64,000 bases of DNA, taken from NCBI RefSeq assembly GCF_036588685.1, contig NC_086374.1:48112001-48176000 (forward strand). Direction: 5' to 3'. The notes beneath the pieces were generated by a model. It made no database searches. It was not told the origin of the DNA and saw only the letters and a program-made list of their open reading frames with translations. The translations under genes were made by a program, and so were the position numbers. Positions 1 through 12,965 of the stretch are shown piece by piece (within the stretch, counting starts at the first letter, position 1; each line of letters opens with the position of its first letter). The stretch is from Mytilus trossulus. Its lineage: Eukaryota.

Positions 1-640
1 GAATGGAAATTAGTTCTAATAATTCCTTAATCAGTTTTGATGGGTTATATTCCAAATTATTGAAATCTTAAGAAGAAATCTTTTTTGATTTATGCATTAT
101 GATTAACAAGTATTTGGTTATTTTTGGGAGAATCAAAAACTACACTTGGACTCTAGTCTTTAACAAAAAACTACAAAAGTTCTAGGATCTTTTGATATTG
201 ATCTAAAAATTGGTGCGTTCATTCAACTTTATATAAGGTATTTAAAAAATAGTTGGACAAACAGACAACTGTCTTAATTACACGTTATAAAGGTGGTGAT
301 ACCAGTCAAATTCCTTGTTTTAAATTTATCAATAAAACAAATATACATGATCCAGTAGACTATTTTCATATTACCCACTTTTGACTGCAGTTTATATTAT
401 TTTTCGACATGTTACCTACAACATCCTGGTACTCTGTCAATTTTGAGCAGTCATAATAATTAAAATCAAACATTTAATCCGTGCAATTTGAGGAGAAATT
501 TTACCCTCTCCGATGAGTTTGTCGAGTAAAGAAAATATGAAGCAGTAAACTTCAGAGTCTTAAGTCAGAAAAATGAAAATAGTCTATTGACCAAGGTTAT
601 AAAGAACAAAAATGACTTACCCTGATTTTGTTCAACTATA

Positions 641-1408
641 CTAGAACACACTCGTGATATCACAGGTCCGTGACTGAATAAAGGTATATAGCTATGGATA
701 AGCCTTATTTTAATATTGGTATTGTCATCTGATAAGTCATACCTATAATAAGATACACAATTTTCTCTACTTTCAAATCTTTATGTTTGAACCCGTCAAC
801 CTGGAACTTATCAATTATTGGTAATATTAATTATTTTGAAAACAAAAGGTCCTGGAATGGAGTATTTTTTACTTCAACAGCATTGTCCTATATAAGTTAT
901 AAATTTAGTTGAATTATTTGATTTCGCTGTTTTATGTCATGCCCTTTAAAAATTGAAAACTACTTATACGCCTTTTTTTTTTTTAAGTCCATTTTTTTTT
1001 AATCATATTTTTATCTTAGAAAGTCTTACTGATTAAAATACTACAATAGAGAACAATTTGACTATGATTGAATTTAGTAGTGTCAACCCTGTGGTTATGA
1101 CCCGTGTATATAGCAAATTCTTAAATACACTGTTTGGTTGTGGGCCTGTCAGATGCGGAAGGTACAGATAAGGTAATAGATATCAGGTGAATATACTATT
1201 GGTATCGGTATCAGATTCGACCTGGAACGTGTTAATATATTGCCAATATTAATTATGTGGAAAACAAAAGGGTCTGGAGTGGTGTAATTTTATATCTACA
1301 CCATTGTCTTATATTAGCTACCTGTATATATGAATTTGAATTCTTTGATTTGTCGTTTTAACCCCATGACGGCTGACAAATTGGACCTGATTATTTTAGT
1401 ATTATAGA
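641..1408 (-). mobile_element. Non-autonomous Helitron
   Basis: On the minus strand it starts TCTATAATACTAAAAT (1408) and ends CACGGACCTGTGATATCACGAGTGTGTTCTAG (641), a GC-rich subterminal segment followed by CTAG. It sits between A and T with no TSD, and has an imperfect internal direct repeat (~790-940 vs ~1215-1375). Confidence 0.75.
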
Positions 1409-2901
1409 TGTATTGTAAGTGAATTACGGTATATCATTACAGCAAAAACTGATTGGCATTGAATCTTAATTTTATACATATATTTGTTTTATTTTTAACA
1501 GTACTTGAAAAGTGGTAGAGACTATAGCAAAGGAGAGGGCAAACCACCAATGGAGGATGTGTAAACATGATTCGTCAATAAATTGTGTGGAGTTTTGTAC
1601 AAAAATTTGACATTTCCCCATAGGGGAATATAACATCGAATGGAGAATATTTCAGAAATAAAAAATTGTAATAATTGATCTATTAAAGAAAAACAACTAT
1701 CGTTAAGGCTTGTTAATTTTGTTTTTCAAGATTTGAATTTTGTATAGTAACTTGAGTCTTTTATTGTTGAACAGTTTAAAGTTATTCATAATATCATAGT
1801 ATCGGGGGTGGGTGGTGTTTCTCCACCGCGCAACACATTGTTTGGGACGTAGAAATACTGAGCTTCCAACTGTCTTTCCATCTGGTCTTGTTAGCACTCT
1901 CACATGTAAAATTTTGCAAGTCTTTTAGAAAACTTTACAGGTTTATATCAGCAATGTCTTTGATGAGTTTGAAAATCAGTGCCCATTATTGTTTTAAAAG
2001 AGTTGTGCCCTTTTGAAATATTAATTTTATAGAAAATTGCATTGTTAGCGCTCTCAAATGTACAATTCTTGCCAGATTTTATGAAACTTATATCATAGAT
2101 TTATATCAGAAATGTCTCGTAGGAGTTTGATAATCAATGCTTATTAATTATTTTTAAAAGAGTTGGGCCCAAATCAAAATAATTTTAATGGGAAATTTCT
2201 TTGTTAGCGTGATAATGAATTGTGTTATAGAATAGATTAGAAAATGGAAACAGGGCAGGTGTCAAATAAGACAAAAACCTGACCAAATAGCAGAAAACAG
2301 CACAAGGCTACCAATTGTTTTCAACACGGCGAGAAAATCCAAAACCTAGAGGCATTCTGCAGCTGGCCCCTTAACCTTTAATATACTAGTTCAGTGAAAA
2401 GGACGGCACACTAAACTTCAAATCATACAAATATACCAAATTAAAAATACACAAGACAAAAGCTAAAAGTACCGGTACACTATATATTGAGATGTGCAAG
2501 GAGCAAAATTGATGTAGCCAGGATGCACATTTAACAGTTTCAAAGTAAAATTTACTTATACATTGTATAGCTGTATTATTAGATATCCCTCTGATAGCTC
2601 CCTTTTCATTTTTGACAAATTCATGTATTTATGTCATCAATGGAAATGGTCAACAACTTGTTAGCTTCAGTTAATAAAATACATGTCTTGATTTCCTCAC
2701 ACAAAAATCTGGGAAATATTATTTTAAAACCATGTTTAATTATGTATATTTACATTATTTAAATTGGTGAAAGAAGAATCTGGTATTGTAATGTTCACTA
2801 TGAAATATAAAAGGGACCACTGATGTCCGTTCCCTCTTAACATTTATTGATAGTACAGTGAAGGTATAAATGCATAAAGAAGTGGGAGCAGGGGAAAAAC
2901 A

Positions 2902-3945
2902 TTTTTATTGTCTCCCCTGTGATGCAAGACATTGATTACTATATTTCCGAGTTTTCCGAGTTTGTGGTGTAAACTTTTTTTATAAAGCCTTATATTTCAA
3001 AAGGTAGAAGACCTGGATGTTTTATACCTTGTATTCAAATGCCTTATGTTTTGAAGTTTTCTTCTTTCATTTGTCCATTGTCTTGGACCCCTTATTTTAA
3101 TGGTTCAGTGATTGCTTAAAATTGTAGCTTTTTTTGTCATGTGAAACCTCGTTTTATAGTACTTACTTATTATGAGTGATAGAATAGTTCCATTTGGTAT
3201 ACTTAGTATATGGTATCCTTAACGGGCCATTGTGTCATTAGACAGGATTTACCTGTCCTCAACATTATTTCATGGATAAGTAATCAAGTTGTCATGGTTA
3301 TTTTAGAATCTCTTAAAAGCCTTATATTGCAGAAGACCTGGATTCTTCATACTCTCTTAAAAGCCTTGTATTGCAGAAGACCTGGATTCTTCATACTTTG
3401 TATATAGATGCCTCATGTTATGAAGTTTCCATTGACCTTGACCTCATTTTCATGGTTTCAATGACTTCTTTACAGACAGTTAAGATCTCTTATTATAAGT
3501 AATAGGATAGGCATATTTGGTATGTGCATACCTTGCAAGGTCCTTGTTCCCATCGTACAGTTTTCACTTGACCTGAACCTCATTTAATGGATTAGTGAAC
3601 AAGGTTAATTTTTGGTGGTCAAGTCCATATCTCAGATACTGTAAGCAATAGGTCTTGTATATTAAGTTAAGTTTTGTGTTTTTGTTCTGTTTTTCTTATA
3701 CTGTATACAAAAGGTCTACTATATTTGGTGTATGGAATGATTGTAAGGTGTACACGTCTAACTGGCAGGTGTCATCTGACCTTGACCTCATTTTCAGGGT
3801 TCATTACTCTGGGTGTTTTTTTGTGTTTTTGGTATGTTTTTCTTAAACTTAAAGCAATAGGTTAACTATATTTGTTGTATGGATGAATTGTAAGCTGTTC
3901 ATGTCTCTCTCTGTCTGGCATGGTTCAACCGACATTGACCTCATT
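2902..3945 (+). mobile_element. 5' half of a HINE/Helentron-like (DINE-like) tandem-repeat element, split by the LINE
   Basis: Degenerate units containing GACCTTGACCTCATTTTCATGGTTCA. The array breaks at ...GACCTCATT (3945) and resumes at ATGGTTCATTGG (37465). Same family as 21148-22108. Confidence 0.65.
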
Positions 3946-4018
3946 TAATAGAAGAATAGTTAAGAAAAATGAAGATTCAAGTCAGGAGAATAATCAAGAA
4001 GAAAATGGTCACGATTAG

Positions 4019-5796
4019 AATACTTCCCGGTCTGTTGAAGATGTTTTAAAATTTGGACATATCAATGTAAGCGGTTGGACAAGTAACAATGAAGTGTTAC
4101 GAATCGCATTGCTCCAAAGTATTGGTGCTGATGTTGTTTAATAGCGTTAACGAAACATTGGTGCTGATGTTGTTTAATAGCGTTAACGAAACATTGGTGC
4201 TGATGTTGTTTAATAGCGTTAACGAAACATGGGTGCTGATGTTGTTTAATAGCGTTAACGAAACATTGGTGCTGATGTTGTTTAATAGCGTTAACGAAAC
4301 ATTGGTGCTGATGTTGTTTAATAGCGTTAACGAAACATTGGTGCTGATGTTGTTAAATAGCGTTAACGAAACATTGGTGCTGATGTTGTTTAATAGCGCT
4401 AAGGAAACATTGGTGCTGATGTTGTTTAATAGTGTTAACGAAACATTGGTGCTGATGTTGTTTAATAGTGTTAACGAAACATTGGTGCTGATGTTGTTTA
4501 ATAGCGTTAACGAAACATTGGTGCTGATGTTGTTTAATAGCGTTAACGAAACATTGGTGCTGATGTTGTTAAATAGCGTTAACGAAACATTGGTGCTGAT
4601 GTTGTTTAATAGCGCTAAGGAAACATTGGTGCTGATGTTGTTTAATAGTGTTAACGAAACATTGGTGCTGATGTTGTTTAATAGGGCTAAGGAAACATTG
4701 GTGCTGATGTTGTTTAATAGCGTTAACGAAACATTGGTGCTGATGTTGTTTAATAGTGTTAACGAAACATTGGTGCTGATGTTGTTTAATAGCGCTAACG
4801 AAACATTGGTGCTTATGTTGTTTAATAGCGTTAACGAAACATTGGTGCTGATGTTGTTTAATAGCGCTAACGAAACACACTTAAAGGAAAATGATAAGTT
4901 GGAATAACGAAATCAAGGATATGAATGGTTTGGTTTTAACAGACATTCTGTACATAGGAAGGCGCCAAAAGGTTCTGGAGGTGTTGGTTTTTTTGTTAAA
5001 TGTACAGTTTTAAACTTTTTTCACGTATGTGTGATTGACAAATCTATCGATGGTATATTGGGATTAGAACTTCGTCATAGACAAACAGACTTGTGTTTCG
5101 TTGTATTTTCCTCTTATCTGCCCCCTGAAAATTCACCATGGAGTAGAGACGCTGAAACTTTTTTTCTCATATTCTGGCTCAAATTTACTTGCATTGCGAT
5201 ATGGATGCCATCTTTTTATTAGGCGACTTTAACTCTCGAATTGGCCATTTGAATGACTTCAATTTTGAATTTGATAATATTTGTGAAAGGACCACTATAG
5301 ACTCTGTTTGCAATAAACACGGACAAGTATTGGTAGAGTTTCTAACTGACAGTAAATTCTGCGTTTTGAATAGTCGTATTGGTGAAAAATCAAATCAGTA
5401 CACGTCAATTTCATCAAGAGGCAAATCTGTTGTCGATTATATATGCGTTCCACATGATATCATTGGCAGTTGTAAAAACTTTAAGATTGTACCGTGTGGT
5501 GACGTTGTTGGTGCCGAAGGAATTCAAAATCTCATAGACACTCGATGTGAAATTCCTGATCACGCATTTTTAGTGTTTGACTATCATTATAGATACAATT
5601 TAAATTCAAATTCGGGTAACGGAAACAAAGTGGATATAAATAACGATGTGAAGACAGATCAGAACCGAAAACATTTCAAACTGTGTAGTATTCTTGCGGA
5701 TTTTATGTGTTCCGACATTATGAAACAAACGATAAATGAACTTATTAAAACAATCGAAATTTGTAGAGAAGAACAAGGCGAAATAGATAGTATATA
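4019..5796 (+). pseudogene. LINE ORF2 apurinic-like endonuclease domain (frameshifted)
   Basis: Translations KFGHINVSGW, SVNETHLK, GYEWFGFNR..KGSGGVGFFVK, YLPPENS, LLGDFNSRIG, GKSVVDYI and IPDHA lie across several frames. Confidence 0.9.
4122..4877 (+). repeat. Minisatellite, 21 x 36 bp (TTGGTGCTGATGTTGTTTAATAGCGTTAACGAAACA)
   Basis: Directly visible. The ORF track shows 21 LVLMLFNSVNET units. Variant pairs recur with a 216-bp period. Confidence 0.98.
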
Positions 5797-7610
5797 TGTA
5801 ACACTCAGAAACGTGTCCTTCCCCCCAAACGTGTCCGATTCCCCCAAACATGTCTAGTTGAAAACTGCGCCAAAGCGTGTCATTTGTATAAACGCTCAAA
5901 CGTGTCCATTTCTAAACTAACCCCCAAACGTGTCCAATTCCCAAAACGTGTCCATATCAAGCGTTATTTGGTTATTGCTATTTCATTAACGTATACTAAT
6001 TTTACCATTTCATTAAAAATAATAAGCACGTTAGCACTTTTTCAAAACGGAAGAATTAAATTGGGTTAAATTGGGGGCGTCATTTCGGCTATATCGTATG
6101 TAAATTGTAAGCAAACATGTTGAACTAAACTGTACAGTTAACGGGTCAAAGTGTCCCTTTCTCTGCGTGTTAAAACTTTAATATTCTCTCTAATTATGCA
6201 TGAAATATTGACAACTGGACAATTCGCAACAGTCTAAAGTTATTTATTCAGTAGAACTGAAAAAACATTAAAACTTGCATGTTTTCTCTAATTTGCATGA
6301 AATACTTGCAACTGGACAATACGCAACCATCAGTAAAAAGTTTATCTTAAAACTTGTATGTTCTCTCTAAATATGCATGACATACTTGCAACTGGACAAT
6401 ACGCGATCATCAGTTGAAAGTTCAGTTTAAAGTTAATTTGTACAGTAGAACTGTAAAAACATTAAAACTTGCAAAACTATTGTGCGCTTTAAATATACAT
6501 AAAGTACTTGCAACTGGACAATACGTAATCAACAGTCTAAAGTTTATTTATACACTACAAAATAAAGTTGCAATTAAAACCGGCGTTGATCACATAACAG
6601 TCATATTCATAAAAAAAGAATCTATAAAATTTATGCATGAAATATTTGGCAGTGGATGTTATGTTTCTTATCTGGTGTGTCTTTAGTGATGGTGGAAACC
6701 TAAAATTTATTAAAAAACCGGATAACAAGTTTATAATTTGATGGGCTTTTGAAATACACAAAGACTTGATAGAAGTGAGAAAAAAAATACTGTTAAAAGC
6801 CCGCCATGCAATATTCGGATAAATATAAAAGGCATCATCGGAGTTCATGTAAGTACAAAATAATTAACAAAGTTAACGATTAATTCAACTCCATGTGTAT
6901 GTTTGCTCATAAATGAATATGAAATACTTGCAACTGGACAATAAGCACTTTTATTCAGTTTGTGAGTTAACCGCCCCGGTTAAGACATCAATAACCTCTA
7001 GAAAAAATGTGTTTAATCCTCATAATTCTTCAGCCAAACATACGCGATTATTAATTTAAATTATTACTTTGATGGCTACTATATGTACCATCAGAAGCAC
7101 ATTGGCATGTCGTAACTAAGGAGTACGCCGCCATCTTGACTTTCTAAAAATTTAGTTTCGGAAACATGGTTTATCGAAGTGTAAACCAAGAGAAAAATTC
7201 TACTTGACCAATCCAATTCAAGTATTTATAGATATGCAAATGATATAAGAATTATTTAATAATAACAGATTAATTTTGCAATTATTATAATCAATAAAAA
7301 CCTACATCGAACTAACTTAATCTGATAAATGACAACTTCATCACGTGTATCTCCCATCAAAGAATTACCGTTAACGTTATCAGCGATTTTTTAATTAGGA
7401 GATACATGTATTAGCGCTAAAAGACGTGTGACGTTTTGACGTTAAATATTGGACACGTTTAGGCGAATAACAATTATCGGACACGTTTGGGGGTTATGAA
7501 ATCGGACACGTTTGGGGAATATTGTGCATTTTGGACACGTTTAGGGTGAAAAGACACGTTTGGGAGAATCGGACACGTTTGGGGGGAAGGACACGTTTGG
7601 GAGTGTTACA
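5797..7610. mobile_element. Non-autonomous TIR DNA transposon with TGT..ACA ends and 4-bp TSD (Ginger-like)
   Basis: TIR TGTAACACTC..AAACGTGTCCTTCCCCCCAAACGTGTCCGATT mirrored at 7553-7610, with AAACGTGTCC subrepeats. TSD TATA (5793-5796 / 7611-7614). Removing it restores the LINE frame DSIYAAFCDTVF. The superfamily assignment is an inference. Confidence 0.85.
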
Positions 7611-7935
7611 TATATGCAGCTTTTTGTGACACAGTTTTTCGTGAAATGGAAGATAAAGTACCGTTCACTGATTGCTCAAAACGAACACGGAGAAAATTTC
7701 GCAATAATAAACCCTTCTGGAATGATCTCAATTATGGAAAAATATGCGAGACAAAGAAAAGGCATTTCTTAAAACAAACGGACATGGTGCCCGACGAAAA
7801 GCTAGGACAGAATTCTCGACTTCTCAAAAAACATTTGATAATCGTTTACGTTTCTTAGAGAGAAAGTACAAATCGAATTTGGCGCTTGACATATAAAAAG
7901 TCAGGCTGGTACAGGATTGGGGAAATGTTCGTAAA

Positions 7936-8470
7936 TGTCGCCAACGTCGCCAACATTCTGAACAGTACCCTGTTCGCCAACGTCGCCAACGTCGCCAACA
8001 TTCTAACCAGTACCCCTGTTCGCCAACGTCGCCAACATTCTAACCAGTACCCCTGTTCGCCAACGTCGCCAACATTCTAACCAGTACCCCTGTTCACCAA
8101 CGTCGCCAACGTCGCCAACATTCTAACCAGTACCTTGTTCGCCAACGTCGCCAACATTCTAACCAGTACCCCTGTTCGCCAACGTCGCCAACGTCGCCAA
8201 CATTCTAACCAGTACCCCTGTTCGCCAACGTCGCCAACGTCGCCAACATTCTAACCAGTACCCCTGTTCGCCAACGTCGCCAACATTCTAACCAGTACCC
8301 CTGTTCGCCAACGTCGCCAACGTCGCCAACATTCTAACCAGTACCCCTGTTTGCCAACGTCGCCAACATTCTAACCAGTACCCCTGTTCGCCAACGTCGC
8401 CAACATCGCTAACATTCTAAACAGCAACCCTGTTTGCTAATATCGCCAACACTCTGAACAGTGCCCCTGT
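7936..8470 (+). repeat. Left subterminal tandem array (37/46-bp units, core TGTTCGCCAACGTCGCCAACATT)
   Basis: Unit AACATTCTAACCAGTACCCCTGTTCGCCAACGTCGCC, with an optional extra 9-mer AACGTCGCC. Confidence 0.95.
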
Positions 8471-9577
8471 TTTAGTACCACTGTTTGCATACTATCTAAA
8501 CATAATGAAGGTTTGCCAACTAAATTAATTTAATATTATTTAAATATAACATCTTCTTAGTTTTGCTTGTGTTTGTAACACTGCATTTAGTTCAAATAAA
8601 AAAAATCTCTATTACTAAAAAATTATTACACCAGGGTTTTCATTATCACAAACCAGTCATTACATTATCTAAATTTCATCATTGATACAAAGACATAATT
8701 AAAAAATAAATCAACATGCAAACTTCTTATATGTCATGTTCAGGACAATAAGGTATTTAATAACAAACCTTTTATGGTAATATACTATACAAAACACAAA
8801 AATGTTGTCATTCCTTAAAGCTAACAAAACCTAGTTATTCAGAAGGGATATCGATATATAGATATATTATTTTCTTTTATTTTTTAAAATAAATAAGGAC
8901 TTTAGTTTTCTCGTTTCAATTGTTTTACCTTGTATCATCAGGGCCTTTTAAAGCTGAGTATGCGTTATGGGCTTTACTCATTGTTAAAGGCTGTACGGTG
9001 ACCTAAAGTTGTTAATGTCTGTGTCATTTTAGTCTCTTGTGGAAAGATATCTCATTGACAATCATTATACCACATCTTCTTTTTTTTTTTTTTTTAAATA
9101 ATCCCATAATCCTGTTAGCCAAATTCCACAACTTCCAAATGGTTTTAACAAGTACCCCTGTTTCAACAGTTTATTAAAGAGTCTTTCAAACAAGTACCAC
9201 TTGTTTGCCTTAAAATTCCCAACATTCAATCATTAAAAAAACATATAAAAATAAGAATAAATAAAAATCTCATAATGACAATCAATACTTAAAAATATAA
9301 GGAATATATTCTTGACCATCTTTTGTGAAATAAAAAAATCATGCAAATCTAATACCATCTCTAAAAAGTAATAGTTTAATCAAGTTGAACAATTGCAACC
9401 TATCCAGAAACTAAATAGTGCTACATTTTTTATGAGTAAATAGCTATAGCCCATAAATAGTTTCCAAAAAGGAATACAAAAATCTTCAAAAAACACTTCA
9501 AGCCTGCTAACACCCATTTAAACATCATTATAAAATGTAACAAGTGCTTTTAAAATAAAAAGCAGTAACTCAACAAT

Positions 9578-11454
9578 AACCAGATGCTTCGCAGGGCGTA
9601 GCTTTATACGACCGCAGAGGTTGAACCCTGAACGGTTGGGGCAAGTATGGACACAACATTCAAGCTGGATTCAGCTCTAAATTTGGATTGTGATTAAATA
9701 GTTGACACAGCATAGGTTTCTGACACAGAATGAATGTGTTCTAATGAACTTAAAATTTTTGTTTTCTCTTAGAGCAATTCACTATGCTGTTCAATATTAA
9801 TCCTCTCAAAAAATGTTTGAAGAAATTTTCTTTTTATTTATGATATTTCAAATGAGAAAAATTGAACCCAATTTTTTAATCACATCCCCCTTTCACTTAT
9901 TCCAAAACTAATCTCAATTAGAATATTCTAATGGAGTTTGCAACAATAACTACTCATTTAAATACATCATAAAATATTAAGATGTAAAAAAACTGCTTGT
10001 TATCACTGAATGGTAAAGATTATTTAAATTTATCAGTTGGTAGTAAAAAGTGAATATACATTGTATATTGTATATAACAAAGATTTAAGTTGATTCTGGA
10101 CAAAGAAAGATAACTCCAATTAAAAAAAAATCTTGCAATAAGATATTTCTTGCTTACTATTTTGAACAAAGAAAGATAACTCTAATTAAAAAAAAAAATT
10201 GCTATTTCACAATATTGTGAAATTAGGTATTTCTTGCCATTGCACAATACTGTGCAATTGAAAAGACTTGCTATTCCACAATACTTAATATAATAATTTT
10301 AGATCCTGATTTGGACCAACTTGAAAACTGGGCCCATAATCAAAAATCTAAGTACATGTTTAGATTCAGCAAATCAAAGAGGCCCAAGAATTTAATTTTT
10401 GTTAAAATCAAGCTTAGTTTAATTTTGGACTCTTTGGACCTTAATGTAGGCCAATTTGAAAACGGGACCAAAAATGAAGAATCTACATACACAGTTAGAT
10501 TTGGCATATCAAAGAACCCCATTTTTTCAATTTTTGATGAAATCAAAAAAGTTTAATTTTGGACCCCGATTTGGGCCAACTTGAAAACTGGGCTCGTAAT
10601 AAAAAATCTAAGTTCATTTTTAGATTCAGCATATCAAAGAACCCCAAGGATTCAATTTTTGTTAAAATCAAACTAAGTTTAATTTTGGACCCTTTGGACC
10701 TTAATGTAGACCAATTTGAAAACGGGACCAAAAGTTAAGAATCTACATACACAGATAGATTCGGCATATCAAAGAACCCGAATTATTCAATTTTGATGAA
10801 ATCAAACAAAGTTTAATTTTGGACCCTTTGGGCCCCTTTTTCCTAAACTGTTGGGACCAAAACCCCCAAAATCAATACCAACTTTCCTTTTATGGTCATT
10901 AACCTTGTGTTTAAATTTCATAGATTTCTATTTACTTATACTAACGTTATGGTGCGAAAACCAAGAAAAATGCTTATTTGGGTCCCTTTTTGGCCCTTAA
11001 TTCCTAAACTGTTGGGACCTAAACTCCCAAAATCAATACCAATCTTCCTTTTGTGGTCATAAACATTATGTTTAAATTTCATTGATTTCTATTAACTTAA
11101 ACTAAAGTTATTGTGCGAAAACCCAGAATAATGCTTATTTGGGCCCTTTTTGGGCCCCTAATTCCTAAACTGTTGAAACCAAAACTCCCAAAATCAATCC
11201 CAACCTTTCTTTTGTGATCATCAACCTTGTGTCAAAATTTCATAGATTCCTATTAACTTAAATTAAAGTTATAGTGCGAAAACCAAGAAAATGCTTATTT
11301 GGGCCCTTTTTGGCCCCTTATTCCTAAAATGTTGGGACCAAAACTCCCAAAATCAATACCAACCTTCCTTTTATGGTCATAAACCTTGTGTTAAAATTTC
11401 ATAGATTTCTATTCACTTTTACTAAAGTTAGAGTGCGAAAACTAAAAGTATTCG

Positions 11455-11519
<65 letters not shown>

Positions 11520-11590
11520 CGACGACGACGACGCCAACGTGATAGCAATATACGACGAAAATTTTTTCAAAATTTGCGGTCGTATAAAAA
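9578..11590 (-). mobile_element. HINE/Helentron-like non-autonomous element with internal tandem repeats and (GAC)n
   Basis: Subterminal inverted repeats TTTATACGACCGCA (~9603) / TGCGGTCGTATAAA (~11576), a terminal stem-loop, a ~258-bp dimer, ~179-bp tandem units and a (GAC)n tract. A second copy lies at 39226-40232. Confidence 0.8.
11455..11532 (+). repeat. (GAC)n microsatellite
   Basis: Directly visible; part of the HINE. Confidence 0.99.
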
Positions 11591-12314
11591 TAAGGTCAAT
11601 AACATGTACATATGACAAACATTTATAACTTCGTAACATTATATATCTGTATAAAAATAAAATGTAAAAAGCATTCAATTCTTTAACTTTAAAATAACTA
11701 TAGGCTTTAAAGAGCCTGTGCTGTTGACCTTAGTCTAAGTGCATATTCTACAGACTCAGAACACTTACTCTCCAACATTGATCTTGTCAGAATATCTCAA
11801 TTCTTTACAGTTAATAACTAGATAATAAGACAAAATTTCATTTTACACTGTGTACTTTTTTTTACATGTCTGCCATCTTGATTGTCAGGCGGACAGGCTC
11901 AAAAAACATATTTTTCAAAAAAAATACATACTCCAATTATAATTGTAGCCATGTCTGGTAAAATTTTACCTACAAGTTTCAGATTACATCTTTGTTAAAG
12001 AAAACCATGTAAATAGACAATTTTGAATAGTAATTATATAAATTAAATTTATATTCAACTAAAGATTTCTTGCTGTTGTGCAATACACAGTGCAGTTGCA
12101 ATACTAAGTATGCTGTTGGGCAATACTTTGTAAATCTTTTGTTAAAATTTCAATATTTTTTATTTCTTAAACACCATAAAATTACAATAGTACAAAGAAG
12201 TTCATCAAAAGTTATATAACATAACACAAACACACTATTATCAATATCACTCAAATTTATTGTTATTTGTTATGTCTATACTTGTCAATTCAATTGTGTA
12301 TAAATCTTGCTTAT

Positions 12315-12722
12315 GGGGAAACATGGGTGACTTGTATGGTTGTGTAACAAGAGCCTGACTGAATGGCCTCTTGTTACTGAAACTGTGTGATGCACCTGAT
12401 CACACGAACGAATGATTGCTGTGAATAGCAATGAGAACTCTGACACTGGAACTCTGGTGAAAAACTAACTACTGAGACTCTGGAACTAGCGATGAATAAA
12501 CCAATAATTCAGCATGGAATACTATTACTTTTATTACAGATGGACTGTGTTCAGTGTAAAGTCCTGAGTCCGAATCTTGCTTATAAAAATTATAAACAAG
12601 TATTTATACACAATTGAAATGACAAGTATAGACATAACATATAACAATTAATTTGAGTGATATTGTTCACTGACAAAGATTAAACTATTTTTAGAACTTG
12701 AAGAATAGATATTGAATAATAA
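12315..12722 (-). repeat. Inverted partial copy of LTR-A
   Basis: Reverse complement of 13231-13637. Preceded by a diverged plus-strand LTR-A fragment at 12242-12314. Confidence 0.93.
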
Positions 12723-12965
12723 GAAAAATGAAAAACAAGCATTGGAAAAAGAAAAGGCAGACCTATGTTCAAAGGTAAATTTTCAAACGGATTCGATTTC
12801 TCAATTAACTTTTCAACTTCAGGACCTTAACCATGAACTCCATCTTGTATCCCGCCAAAACCAACAGCGTCCCAATAACAACAACAGACACTATAACAAC
12901 CGCAGAGGAGGCCGATTCAGATAGTGCTAAGTCCGAGGACGGACTTAATTGGGAGGAGAGGCATA

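Noticed and set aside
1-570. Possible Penelope-like remnant with a degenerate hammerhead (CCGATGAG..GAAA at ~510-535)
   Set aside because: The core deviates from CTGATGA, stems are not evident and no clear GIY-YIG translation is present.
4089-4907. 272-aa repeat ORF as a real protein
   Set aside because: It is a by-product of a 36-bp (3n) tandem array inside a LINE pseudogene.
7936-8470. CRISPR-like look of the 37-bp arrays (also 32290-33100 and 4122-4877)
   Set aside because: Spacers are identical rather than unique, there are no cas genes, and the context is eukaryotic. They are explained as TIR subrepeats and a minisatellite.
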